From positions 1 to 62,116 of IMG/VR virus record IMGVR_UViG_3300035180_002081: 62,116 nucleotides of DNA; one strand, written 5' to 3'. Source of the stretch: a virus (Duplodnaviria; Caudoviricetes). The translations under genes were made by a program, and so were the position numbers. Below are positions 28,325 to 37,007 of the stretch, one piece after another (within the stretch, counting starts at the first letter, position 1; each line of letters starts with the position of its first letter). Under the pieces are notes generated by a model. That model was not told the DNA's origin. It was given only the letters and a program-made list of their open reading frames with translations, and ran no database searches.

Positions 28325-29350
28325 ATGCCTGTTCCTGTGATTCTCATCGATGGGCTGCAGCCTCCTCCGCTCGGCACGAAAGCAGACGGCACGAAGGCGC
28401 TGAACAGCAACGTCACGATTTCGCTGCAGTCGACGGCGGGGATCGATTCGATCGAGTACCGCCTAGTGACGCCGAGCGGCGCGACGACGGCTTTGGGTAG
28501 TTCCACGCCGTCGCGGCCGTTCACGACGACGCTCGGCCCGTTCGACAAGGCGGGCACGTACCGACTGACGGCGATCGCGAACGCGTCGGCCTCGCAGACG
28601 TCGCAGATCGCGATCACGGTGCTGTCGGCGGTCGCGGGGCTGCGCATCCCCGGAGCGCGCGAGCAGTCGCAGTGGGACCCGGTCAACGGCTGGTTCCCCG
28701 ACATCGAGTCGCTCTACCTGTTCGTCGACGGCATGGGCTACGGGCGCACGCCGGGCTACGCGTCGCTGGTCACTCCACCGCTCGCCTCGACGTTCACCGC
28801 GAACCCGTCGAACGGCGCGGGCGCAGCGCTCGTCGACATCTCGGGCGGCGGGCTGCTGCTCAGCGGCGCGAAGGGCGCCTCCGACGACAGCAAGAGCGCG
28901 GGGTTCTACCGGGCCAAGAGCGGCACGAAGACGCTGACGGTGTGCCTCCGCCAGGCGCTCACCGACACGGGCGGAGTGGCCGGCGCGAACGCCGCGGTGG
29001 GGCTCTACTTCGGCGAATCCGCGACGGGGCGGATCAAGACCTTCCGCAGCTTCGCGGGCGCCCTGCCGACGCAGCTCTTCTTCAACTCGTACACGAACCC
29101 CGCGACTGCGGTCGGCGGCGGTGCGGTGCTGGGCGTCGCGCTCGGCAGCACGTACTGGCTGCGACTCGTCGACGACGGCACGAACATCGTCGGCTCGTAC
29201 TCGATGAACGGGAAGAACTGGACGCAGGCGTGCACCGAAGCGCGCGGCACATTCCTGACCACGACGCCGGGCGGCGACCGAATGGGCCTGTTCGTCTTCG
29301 GTTTCTCGAGTGCGGTGCAGGCCGAGATTCTCAGCTACTCCGAGACCTGA
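28325..29350 (+). CDS. Ig/PKD-like + lectin-like (ConA fold) tail protein
   Basis: FDKAGTYRLT.....QIAITV; YWLRLVDDGTNIVGSYSMNGKNWT, MGLF. Confidence 0.65.
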   Translation: MPVPVILIDGLQPPPLGTKADGTKALNSNVTISLQSTAGIDSIEYRLVTPSGATTALGSSTPSRPFTTTLGPFDKAGTYRLTAIANASASQTSQIAITVLSAVAGLRIPGAREQSQWDPVNGWFPDIESLYLFVDGMGYGRTPGYASLVTPPLASTFTANPSNGAGAALVDISGGGLLLSGAKGASDDSKSAGFYRAKSGTKTLTVCLRQALTDTGGVAGANAAVGLYFGESATGRIKTFRSFAGALPTQLFFNSYTNPATAVGGGAVLGVALGSTYWLRLVDDGTNIVGSYSMNGKNWTQACTEARGTFLTTTPGGDRMGLFVFGFSSAVQAEILSYSET

Positions 29351-29415
29351 TTCGCGCCACGGCGCGCACGTGACGGCTGCCCCGCGGAGGGCGCGGCCTG
29401 GGAGAGATTCGCCCC

Positions 29416-30057
29416 ATGTCGACCAAGCAGCTCTACTCGCTCTTCGCCGTCCTCGTGCTCGCCGTCTGCGCGATCCCGCAGGCGCAGCCGTACGTGGTCA
29501 CCGTCGCGACCGCGCTCGGGGGACTGACCATGCTGTTCACCGCGCTCGCTGCGCTCCCCGGCAAGGTGGGGGAGTTCTTCGCGAAGGTCGGGCACGACGT
29601 CGATGGCGTGCGCGCGCTGCTGCCGAAGCCTCCGCCCGACAGCGACGAGCCTCCCACCGCGGGGGCCGTCAACACGTCGCGCCTCTTGCTGGCCGGCGCG
29701 GCCGCGATGCTCGCCATGTCTCTCACGACCGGGTGCGGCTCGATGCGCTTCGCTCCCCCGGTATCCGCGGGCGGCGTGCCGGGCGCTGCGATCGAGGTCT
29801 CGACGCCGGAGCGGTGCTCGCAGCTCGACGACCGGCACACGACCTACGGCATCGTCGCGGCTGGCTCGGGTGCGGGCGCGGGCGTTGCTGGCCTCGCCGC
29901 GGGGCTCTCCGCGAATGGCCGGCTGGGCCTCGGCGTCGTCGCGCTCGCCGTCGGCATCGTCTCCGCCGCGACCGCGAAGGGCGCGCAGGACACCGCCGCG
30001 ACGTTCGTTCGCGAGGGCTGCGGCTCGATGGCCGCGCTGCCGAAGGCAGGCAAGTGA
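29416..30057 (+). CDS. Multi-TM lysis-region membrane protein (holin/spanin candidate)
   Basis: Two N-terminal TMs, internal lipobox-like SLTTGC, C-terminal hydrophobic helices. Confidence 0.6.
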   Translation: MSTKQLYSLFAVLVLAVCAIPQAQPYVVTVATALGGLTMLFTALAALPGKVGEFFAKVGHDVDGVRALLPKPPPDSDEPPTAGAVNTSRLLLAGAAAMLAMSLTTGCGSMRFAPPVSAGGVPGAAIEVSTPERCSQLDDRHTTYGIVAAGSGAGAGVAGLAAGLSANGRLGLGVVALAVGIVSAATAKGAQDTAATFVREGCGSMAALPKAGK

Positions 30058-30374
30058 TGCGCGCGCTAATCCACACCGCCTACGCGCTCGTTCTGGCCGC
30101 AACGCTCGCCGCGGGCGCGACGGTCGGCGTCTCAGCGTGCGCGCCGAAGTGCCAGGGCTGCGGCGTCGCCCACCCCGAGGAGCCCGTCACCGATGCCGAG
30201 GCCGTGACCGCGTGCGCGTCGGCCGGCGCCAAGATGGAGCAGCTCCATTGCCGCGAGGCGCGCCCGGACTACTCGGAGTGGTGCACCTACGAGATCGCCC
30301 ACGGTGTGCCTCTGCGCCCCGTGTGCGTGTCGAAGGTCACCGACTGCTCGCAGGTCGACGGGGTGTGCCGATGA
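30057..30374 (+). CDS. Cys-rich lipoprotein
   Basis: TGATG coupling; signal peptide ending VSAC; multiple Cys. Confidence 0.7.
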   Translation: MRALIHTAYALVLAATLAAGATVGVSACAPKCQGCGVAHPEEPVTDAEAVTACASAGAKMEQLHCREARPDYSEWCTYEIAHGVPLRPVCVSKVTDCSQVDGVCR

Positions 30375-31120
30375 CGAAGTTCGGACATCGCATCTCGGGC
30401 CCCGAGCTGATGGCCGCGGCGTTCGCGCGCTTCCCGGAACGCCCTGCGCTTCTGCTCATGCACGACGGTACGCGCGTCGAGTTGGACGAGCGCACGCCCA
30501 TCAAGGACCAGGGCCAGGCCGGTTCGTGCGTCGCGCACGCGGGCTGCACCTCGATGGAGCACGTCATGGCGGAGCCGACTCCGCTCGCGTGCCTCCAGGC
30601 GTACTACGACTGCCGGCTGCAGTTCGGCGAGCAGTGCGTCGATGAAGGGTCGTGGCCGCATGTTTTCGTGCAGGTCGCGAGCAACATCGGCGTGTGCGCC
30701 GAGGCCGAGTACCCCTACGATCTCACGCAGCTCTTCACGCGCCCGACCGACTACAGCTACCAGCGCGCCTACGATCACCGCGTCCTGACGGGGCAGGCGC
30801 TCGGCATCGAGGGCGACATCGTCGACGACATCGAGCGCCACGTCCGCGCCGACACGAAGCCGTTCGGCGGGTGGCCGGTGGACGACGCGTTCCTCGAGTG
30901 GGTCGGCGACGGCATCTACGACGGGCCGCGCGGTCCGAGCCGCGGCGGGCACTCGATGGCGGTCGCAGGGCTCGAGGTCCGCAGCGACGGCACGCGCGCG
31001 TTCAAGCTGCAGTCCTCGTGGCGCCGCTCGTTCGGCGCGAACGGGTACGTGTGGGTCTCGGAGAAGTTCTTCCGACAGGGCAGCGACTTCGCCGTCTTCA
31101 CGAAGATCGGGGCGCCGTAA
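30371..31120 (+). CDS. Papain-like (C1 family) cysteine peptidase
   Basis: IKDQGQAGSCVAHA, GVCAEAEYPY, GGHSMAVAG, QSSW...FGANGYVWV. Confidence 0.9.
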   Translation: MTKFGHRISGPELMAAAFARFPERPALLLMHDGTRVELDERTPIKDQGQAGSCVAHAGCTSMEHVMAEPTPLACLQAYYDCRLQFGEQCVDEGSWPHVFVQVASNIGVCAEAEYPYDLTQLFTRPTDYSYQRAYDHRVLTGQALGIEGDIVDDIERHVRADTKPFGGWPVDDAFLEWVGDGIYDGPRGPSRGGHSMAVAGLEVRSDGTRAFKLQSSWRRSFGANGYVWVSEKFFRQGSDFAVFTKIGAP

Positions 31121-31121
31121 C

Positions 31122-31373
31122 GTGGCCCTCGCCTCGTCCGCCGCCTACGCCTGCCAGTTCGTCGCCGAGGCGTCGGACTTGCCGCACCTCGCGCGTTGCC
31201 TGCGGGCACACCGCGACGTCGTAGCCGAGTCGGTGTGCGAGGTGCCCGAGAGCCATCGCGTCCTCTACTCGCTCGACGAGACGCTCGTCTCCAGCGCGGA
31301 GGTGGCCGCGGCCGACCTCGGCGTGCGGATGGAACTCGGGCGCGTGGCGAGCGCGCACAGGTGGCCGGCGTGA
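31122..31373 (+). CDS. Hypothetical protein
   Basis: Fills the gap between peptidase and lysin; GTGA-coupled. Confidence 0.45.
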   Translation: MALASSAAYACQFVAEASDLPHLARCLRAHRDVVAESVCEVPESHRVLYSLDETLVSSAEVAAADLGVRMELGRVASAHRWPA

Positions 31374-32122
31374 CCCCCCCCCGCGACGCCGCAGCCACGC
31401 TCGACCGCCGCATCCAGCCACGATGGCTGCGCGGCTTCGACGTGTCGAAGTTCCAGCTCGAGATCGACTTCGCTGCCGCGCGCGCGGGCGGCATTCGCTT
31501 CGGATGGATCCGCGAGGGCGAGTCGAACTGGTCGACGCCCGACGACAAGTGGTCGCGCAACTGGCCCGCGTGCCACGCGGCGGGCATCCCTTGCGGCCCC
31601 TACCACCCGGTGCACGGTGACGCGCCCGGCGCGGTGCAGGCGCGCATCTTCCGCGACCGCTGCAAGGATTGGGAGCACGGGCTCGCCCTTCGCCCCGCGA
31701 TCGATCTCGAGACGCGCGGCGGCGCGCCGTTGCACGAAGCCGAGGCGATGGCCGAGGAGACGGAGCGCCTCTTCGGAGTCGCGCCGATCCTGTACGTCGG
31801 CCGGTACTTCGCTCGCGAGATCGGGCTGACGCGCAAGTCGCCGCTCGCGCGCCTGCTGCTGTGGCTACCGGCCTACGACACGGATGCGCCGCAGCTCCCC
31901 GACGCGTGGGACCGCTGGCACGTGTGGCAGCTGTCCGGCAACGGCACGGCGCCCGGCGTGTCGACCGCGTGCGACCTGAACGTCGTGCAGTCGGAAGCCG
32001 ACCTCGACGAGATCCTCGACGTCTCGCGACGTGGCCCCGTTGAAGTTCCCCGCGCCGACGCCGTCACCGCGCCGTTGGCTACCAGCCTGCTCGCCGACCC
32101 CGCAAAGGAGCCGACGCCGTGA
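31370..32122 (+). CDS. Endolysin, GH25 muramidase
   Basis: GFDVSKFQ..IDF, GPYH, PAIDLE, PILY, LWL.AY, WQLS..G..PGV...CDLN. Confidence 0.92.
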   Translation: MTPPRDAAATLDRRIQPRWLRGFDVSKFQLEIDFAAARAGGIRFGWIREGESNWSTPDDKWSRNWPACHAAGIPCGPYHPVHGDAPGAVQARIFRDRCKDWEHGLALRPAIDLETRGGAPLHEAEAMAEETERLFGVAPILYVGRYFAREIGLTRKSPLARLLLWLPAYDTDAPQLPDAWDRWHVWQLSGNGTAPGVSTACDLNVVQSEADLDEILDVSRRGPVEVPRADAVTAPLATSLLADPAKEPTP

Positions 32123-32379
32123 CTCTTCACGATTGGATGTACGTCGTCGTCACGTTCCTCGGATGGGCCGGCGTTCTCGCCGTGATCGTGTTCAAGGGCG
32201 GCGGGATTTCTTCTGAGGTGAAGGCCACGCACGTGCTGGTCTCGGAGATGCGCGCCGACGCAAAGGAGCACGTGCAGATCACCAACGCGCACGGCGAACG
32301 CATCGCCAAGCTCGAAGCCAAGGACGACGTCGCGGACCGCATCGCCGACGCGCTCACCCGCAACAGCCGGGCGGCCTGA
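32119..32379 (+). CDS. Single-TM holin-like protein
   Basis: N-terminal TM plus coiled coil HGERIAKLE; follows lysin. Confidence 0.6.
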   Translation: MTLHDWMYVVVTFLGWAGVLAVIVFKGGGISSEVKATHVLVSEMRADAKEHVQITNAHGERIAKLEAKDDVADRIADALTRNSRAA

Positions 32380-32381
32380 CC

Positions 32382-33578
32382 GTGCCGGCGATCCTGGCGT
32401 GGACGCCTGAGCGAGTCGCGGAGGCCGCGTCGGTCGCAGCGCAGCGCGGGAACGCGTGGCGCGCCATCGCAGGCATCCTGAGCGACAGGTGGGGCGAGCA
32501 GGTCACGCACAAGGCGGTCAAGTCGAAGCTCGAACGCGAGAATGCGCGCGAGCCTGCGGCGGCCGCGCATCGGCCCGCGGTCGTCTCGAACGTCGGCAGC
32601 GACCCTGCGATCGCGCAGCTCGTCGAGGTGGCCAAACGCCACGCGCGGCGCGGCGGCCTGACGCTCGAGACCCTCGCCGACGCGCTCGACATGCCGCCCG
32701 GCAAGGCGCGCGCGCTGGTCGACCGTGCGCGCACGAGCGGGTACACCGTCGACGTCGTGCACGGCGAGTTGGCGTTCAAGCCCGCCGAGCCGTCGCGCGA
32801 GGTCGCGCATGTGGACGCTGGCACGCGCCCCGGCGCCGAGCAGGCGATCTGCGTCATCTCCGACCTGCACCACGGCTCCGCGTACAGCCTCGGCGCGCAG
32901 CAGCGCGCGTTCGTCGAGCACGCGTACAGCCTCGGCATCCGTGACGTGTTCTGCCCCGGCGACGTGCTGGAGGGGTGCTACCGCCACGCGCAGTGGGAGC
33001 TTTCGCACCGCGCGTGGCACGAGCAGGCGCAAGCATTCCTCGACTCGCTGCCGAGCCTTCCAGGCCTACGGTTCCACTTCATCGACGGGAACCACGACTG
33101 GACCTGGACGGAGCGAGACGGGTACGAGAGCGGGCGCAAGCTCGTGTCTCTCGCGCGCGACCAGGGACGCAACGACCTGCACTACTACGGCTCGCGCGGC
33201 GCCCTGATCGACTACGGCGGCACGAAGATCGAGCTGTTCCACCCCAAGAAGGGCGCGGCCTACGCGCTCTCCTACCAGCTGCAGAACAAGATCCGCGACA
33301 CCGCGCCGGAGCGGCTCCCCGACATCCTGCTGTGCGGCCACGTGCACCAGTACGTGAAGTTCCGCCGGCAGAACGTGTGGGCGTTCTACTGCGGCACGTT
33401 CCAGCACGGCGACGGCCCCTACGGACGCTCGCTCGGCGGCGACACGGCGACGGGGGGGCTCATCATCCGATGGCGCAAGGATGCCGACGGCGTGGTGCGG
33501 ACGCTCTCCGACGCGTTCCACGTCGCCGACCACGTCGCGCCGACGTACGCGGTACAGGCCGGCAAGGCGGCCGCCTGA
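32382..33578 (+). CDS. Calcineurin-like metallophosphoesterase with N-terminal HTH region
   Basis: ISDLHHGS, PGDVLEG, DGNHD, LFHP, CGHVH. Confidence 0.9.
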   Translation: MPAILAWTPERVAEAASVAAQRGNAWRAIAGILSDRWGEQVTHKAVKSKLERENAREPAAAAHRPAVVSNVGSDPAIAQLVEVAKRHARRGGLTLETLADALDMPPGKARALVDRARTSGYTVDVVHGELAFKPAEPSREVAHVDAGTRPGAEQAICVISDLHHGSAYSLGAQQRAFVEHAYSLGIRDVFCPGDVLEGCYRHAQWELSHRAWHEQAQAFLDSLPSLPGLRFHFIDGNHDWTWTERDGYESGRKLVSLARDQGRNDLHYYGSRGALIDYGGTKIELFHPKKGAAYALSYQLQNKIRDTAPERLPDILLCGHVHQYVKFRRQNVWAFYCGTFQHGDGPYGRSLGGDTATGGLIIRWRKDADGVVRTLSDAFHVADHVAPTYAVQAGKAAA

Positions 33579-33964
33579 TGGCGCGCCGCAAGGCGCCCTC
33601 GCCCACTCCGCCCGCGTGGCCGGTCGAGTGGTACCGCTTCAAGCTCGGGACGTCGGAGTGGCGCGTGCTGCTCTCGACGCCAGAGCATTCGCCGCAGCTC
33701 GTCGACGCCGAGGGCTACTGCCAGCAGAGCAAGTCGACGATCTGGCTCGACGCGACGTTGCCGGCGGATCGGCTCGCCGACGTCGCGTTCCATGAGAAGC
33801 TCCACGCGGTGCTGTTTCACTTCGGCATCGCGAAGGCGCAGCGCTGGGACGACGACGCGGAGGAGCGCTTCATCTCGCACCTCGCGCCGAACCTGACCGC
33901 GGCGCTCGCATCGGCGGGGCTGCTGGCGATGCCGCCTCTCCCCGCGCTACCAGGTGCAGCATGA
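33578..33964 (+). CDS. Small HExxH zincin-like protein
   Basis: GYC......IWLD...AFHEKLHAV...EE. Confidence 0.75.
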   Translation: MARRKAPSPTPPAWPVEWYRFKLGTSEWRVLLSTPEHSPQLVDAEGYCQQSKSTIWLDATLPADRLADVAFHEKLHAVLFHFGIAKAQRWDDDAEERFISHLAPNLTAALASAGLLAMPPLPALPGAA

Positions 33965-34269
33965 GCGACGAGCACAGAATCACCGAGTGGCTCGAGGCGC
34001 ACTGCGTGGCGAGCGACGTCGTGGCGCTGAACGCGGCGAGGCTCGACCACGGGCGCGAGACGTACGGGCCCTTCGCGATCGACACCGACCCGCGCGACTT
34101 CATGCGCGAGGCCGGAGAGGAGGCGGTCGACGCGCTCGCGTACCTCGCGGCCCGATCGATTCAGCTCGAGCGCGCAGGCGTCACCGACGCGCGGGCCTAC
34201 CCGTCCGCCGGGCTCCTCGCCGAGCTGTCCGCGCTCGCCGCCTACGCCGCGCCGCACGCGCGCGACTGA
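33961..34269 (+). CDS. MazG-like/all-alpha NTP pyrophosphatase-like protein
   Basis: G.ETYG...REAGEEAVDALAYL (ExxEExxD). Confidence 0.55.
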   Translation: MSDEHRITEWLEAHCVASDVVALNAARLDHGRETYGPFAIDTDPRDFMREAGEEAVDALAYLAARSIQLERAGVTDARAYPSAGLLAELSALAAYAAPHARD

Positions 34270-34279
34270 CGAGCCTCCG

Positions 34280-34333
34280 ACGAACGAACGCGCCCGCTCG
34301 GCCTCACGGCTGGGCGGGCGCTTCGTCGTTTTG
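34280..34333 (+). terminator. Intrinsic terminator ending the late operon, at the convergence with the leftward operon
   Basis: GCGCCCGCTCGGCC / GGCTGGGCGGGCGC stem followed by TTCGTCGTTTT. Confidence 0.7.
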
Positions 34334-34609
34334 TGCGGCCGCTCGCCAGAGCTTCGACGCCACGCACCCGAGCGCCGTGCACCACGCGCGGTCGCCGCTG
34401 TCGTCGGCGCTGTTCGCGCCTTCGGTGACGGCCGCCGCGAAGCTCCGCGCTTCCTCGGCGCCGCGCACAGCGAGCGTCCGCCCCTCGAGCGCGTCACGGA
34501 TCGCACACACCGTCGCGGCCTCGTCGTCGTCGGCCTCGCAGTGGCACGGGTCGGTCACGTACATGTGCACCGCCTCGAGCTGCGCGGTCGTCAGCCGCAC
34601 CGATGTCAC
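34304..34609 (-). CDS. Hypothetical protein
   Basis: GTGA-coupled to the upstream gene (VTSVRLTTAQLEAV...). Confidence 0.55.
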   Translation of the reverse strand: MTSVRLTTAQLEAVHMYVTDPCHCEADDDEAATVCAIRDALEGRTLAVRGAEEARSFAAAVTEGANSADDSGDRAWCTALGCVASKLWRAAAQNDEAPAQP

Positions 34610-35391
34610 GCCGGCTCGAACGCGTCCCACGCCTCGCGAGCCTTGCGCGGGTTGTTCTGCTTCGCGGCGATCGCGAACTTGCCGCGGACGTAGAAGGTCC
34701 CCACCGCCAGCTCGTTCTCGTCCTCGGCGGGCTCGAGCACGAAGAAGCGGTGCTTGCCCTCCCCGCCCGCGATGATGGCGACCCGCGACCAGCGCAGCAG
34801 CTCCGCCTCGACGACGTTCGGCGCGGGCCGCTCCTCGCGCGAGAGGCCCCCGAGCGCCTTGATCCGGAAGCCGTACCCGTCGACGTTGCCGATCCGGACC
34901 TTCAACGGCTCGCCCGACCCCGCCGGCTTCGGCCCGCGGTTGCCGACCTTGAACGCCTCGACGGCGTCGGGCCGCAGGTAGTGCTTCCCGTCCTTGACCC
35001 ACGACGGCAGCCGCCTCGCGGCGATGGCCTGGCGGATGGCGCTCTCGTGCACACCGAGACGCTCTGCCGCGTCGCCGACGGTGACCGTGTGCTCGTCTGC
35101 GATCTTGGCGACGTCGACGCCACGGGCCCGCGCGTGCTTCCTGGCCAGCATGTCGGCCATGACGTGGTAGAGCGGGTCGGAGAGCGTCTCGCGGGTGACC
35201 CCGCCGCGGCCGGCGAAGAGCGTGTGGTCGAGCAGCGGGTTCTCGGGCCCGTAGGCGCACCCGATCATGGCCTGCTCGTCGACGGCGTCGTCTTCGAGCA
35301 TCGCGCGCAGCCGGTCGAGGAACGCGGCGACGGCGGGCGCGGGGGTCTCGTGCGCGATCTCGTGGCCCGAGAGCGTGATGTACTTCGGCAT
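34606..35391 (-). CDS. Protein with central excisionase/MerR-like HTH
   Basis: TVGDAAERLGVHESAIRQAIAARRLPS..DGK.YL....VEAF; GGAG RBS. Confidence 0.8.
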   Translation of the reverse strand: MPKYITLSGHEIAHETPAPAVAAFLDRLRAMLEDDAVDEQAMIGCAYGPENPLLDHTLFAGRGGVTRETLSDPLYHVMADMLARKHARARGVDVAKIADEHTVTVGDAAERLGVHESAIRQAIAARRLPSWVKDGKHYLRPDAVEAFKVGNRGPKPAGSGEPLKVRIGNVDGYGFRIKALGGLSREERPAPNVVEAELLRWSRVAIIAGGEGKHRFFVLEPAEDENELAVGTFYVRGKFAIAAKQNNPRKAREAWDAFEPA

Positions 35392-35450
35392 GGTGAACGT
35401 CTCCGAAGGGAGAGAGGGGCCCCGCATCTCCGCGGGGCCCCCGTCTCGGG

Positions 35451-35759
35451 CTAGAGGATCTCGGCGAGGCCGAGGTAGCGGAGGTACATGGCCTCCTGGC
35501 GGTAGTGCGACTTCGCGAAGGCGACGACTTCGCCGACCTTCGCGCCGTCGACGAGCGACTTCACCGCGAACGCGTACACGCGCGTGTGGTCGTCGTAGCG
35601 CTTGCCGCCGTCGACCCAGGAGCCGACCGCCTGCGCGGGGTAGAGGGTGACGCCGCCGAAGCGGTCGATCACGAACGCCTCGAAGGCGACGTGGTCGTCA
35701 GCGGTGAACGCGACGTTCGCGTTGTCGACCACCGGGATGAGAATCTGCAGTTCGAACAC
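35451..35759 (-). CDS. Small ferredoxin/PII-like fold protein (DUF3574-like)
   Basis: IP..DN....F, FGGVT, GSW, YRQEAMY; GAGGAG RBS. Confidence 0.6.
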   Translation of the reverse strand: MFELQILIPVVDNANVAFTADDHVAFEAFVIDRFGGVTLYPAQAVGSWVDGGKRYDDHTRVYAFAVKSLVDGAKVGEVVAFAKSHYRQEAMYLRYLGLAEIL

Positions 35760-35826
35760 GCTGCTCTCCTCGTTGGAGCTGCTCGGGTCCGCCGAGCCGG
35801 GTCAGTCGTTCCCGACCGATGAATCC

Positions 35827-35886
35827 ACTCTACAGGATCCCTCCGACCGAGCAACAGTTTTTATCTGTCGCGCGGTCGATTGTCAG
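35827..35886 (-). promoter_or_regulatory. Putative promoter region for the 35759-34304 operon
   Basis: AT-richer intergenic segment with TTGCTC-16-TAGAGT and CTGACA-17-TAAAAA candidates. Confidence 0.4.
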
Positions 35887-35905
35887 AAACGGCGAGGATT
35901 CTCAG

Positions 35906-36103
35906 CTACGGGCTGGGATGCGACGTCCAGCGCAGCACGCGCGGGCCATGCTCGACGTTGTTGCCGTCCACGTCTTCAACGACAACGGCAACGTTCGGCC
36001 GCTCGCTGTGCTCTCTCCGTGCCCGCGCGATCGCGTAGCGAAGCGTCGTGTACGACCCGTCGCGCAGCCGCGCGCCATCCACGCTGACCACGTACGTCAG
36101 CAC
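35906..36103 (-). CDS. Hypothetical protein
   Basis: Short ORF overlapping the upstream stop. Confidence 0.45.
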   Translation of the reverse strand: MLTYVVSVDGARLRDGSYTTLRYAIARARREHSERPNVAVVVEDVDGNNVEHGPRVLRWTSHPSP

Positions 36104-36468
36104 CGGCCCACCCACTCCGCGGTGGTCGCGAACCGCGGCCCCCACTCGCTCGCGTCGCCTCCAGCGCCGGTGTCGGCGTCGGCGTCGTCGTGCCAGTACC
36201 ACCAGCCGCCGCACCGTTCGTGCAGGAGCCGGAGCGCGTCGACCGTCTCCGGCTTGACGCTGCCGTCGCTCGAGCCGTTCTCGCCCTGCCCGTAGCGCCG
36301 CGAGCCGCCGGCCAGCATGTCCCACAGCGCATCTTCGAGGCCGCTCATCCAGCCCGCGCAGTAGCACTCCTCGCTGATGCTCCGCATGAGCAACACGAGC
36401 GCGCGCGCCGCTTTGGGGTCGGACGAACGGGCCGCTTGCGCATGCTCGTCGGTGTAGCTCCGGCTCAT
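36097..36468 (-). CDS. Hypothetical phage protein (MRSISEECYCAGWMSGLE...GGWW)
   Basis: ATGA coupling; Trp-rich conserved-looking sequence. Confidence 0.7.
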   Translation of the reverse strand: MSRSYTDEHAQAARSSDPKAARALVLLMRSISEECYCAGWMSGLEDALWDMLAGGSRRYGQGENGSSDGSVKPETVDALRLLHERCGGWWYWHDDADADTGAGGDASEWGPRFATTAEWVGRC

Positions 36469-37007
36469 TCTGCCGCCTCGTCTGCGTCGAGGTCGACGCT
36501 CCAGTCCACCGCACGCCCTTCGAGCATCGCACCGATGCGCGCGCTCATGGTGAGCGGCCCCGCGGCGAGCGGCATCGACCCGATCGGCTCCGTCCGCGCG
36601 ATGTCGATGTTCGCCTCGCCCGCGTTGTCGGTGATGACGAGCACGCGATCGAACGGCGGCTCGCGCGGGGTGGCGCGCACCTCGTCTTCGGTGACCAACA
36701 AGAGCCGCCACCCGAGGCACGCGACGACGGTGCGCCAGTCGACCGCGGCGAAGTCGCTGCGCGTCGCTGGGGGCGACGTGGCGGCGTCGAGGAACGCTTC
36801 CGCGCACGACTCCGCCAGGACGGGGGCAACGCGCGCCTGAGCAACGCGCAGGGCCCGCACGGCGTCGTCGTAGCCGAGGGGGCGCACGTCGTCCCTCGCC
36901 CACGCCGCGCGCATCTCGTCGAGGCGGTGGACGCTCGTGCGCCAGGCGCCCAGCTCGTCGATCGCGTCGCTGGCGAGCGTGACGGTGCGGGTCTCAGCCA
37001 CGGCCAC
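36465..37007 (-). CDS. Hypothetical protein
   Basis: Chain of coupled ORFs. Confidence 0.6.
   Translation of the reverse strand: MAVAETRTVTLASDAIDELGAWRTSVHRLDEMRAAWARDDVRPLGYDDAVRALRVAQARVAPVLAESCAEAFLDAATSPPATRSDFAAVDWRTVVACLGWRLLLVTEDEVRATPREPPFDRVLVITDNAGEANIDIARTEPIGSMPLAAGPLTMSARIGAMLEGRAVDWSVDLDADEAAE

Noticed and set aside
25123-29350. Diversity-generating retroelement or invertible tail-fibre switch
   Set aside because: No reverse transcriptase, template/variable repeat pair or invertase was found.
35854-35868. SOS box (ACAG-N7-CTGT)
   Set aside because: Orientation and spacing do not match CTGT-N8-ACAG, and the host LexA motif is unknown.
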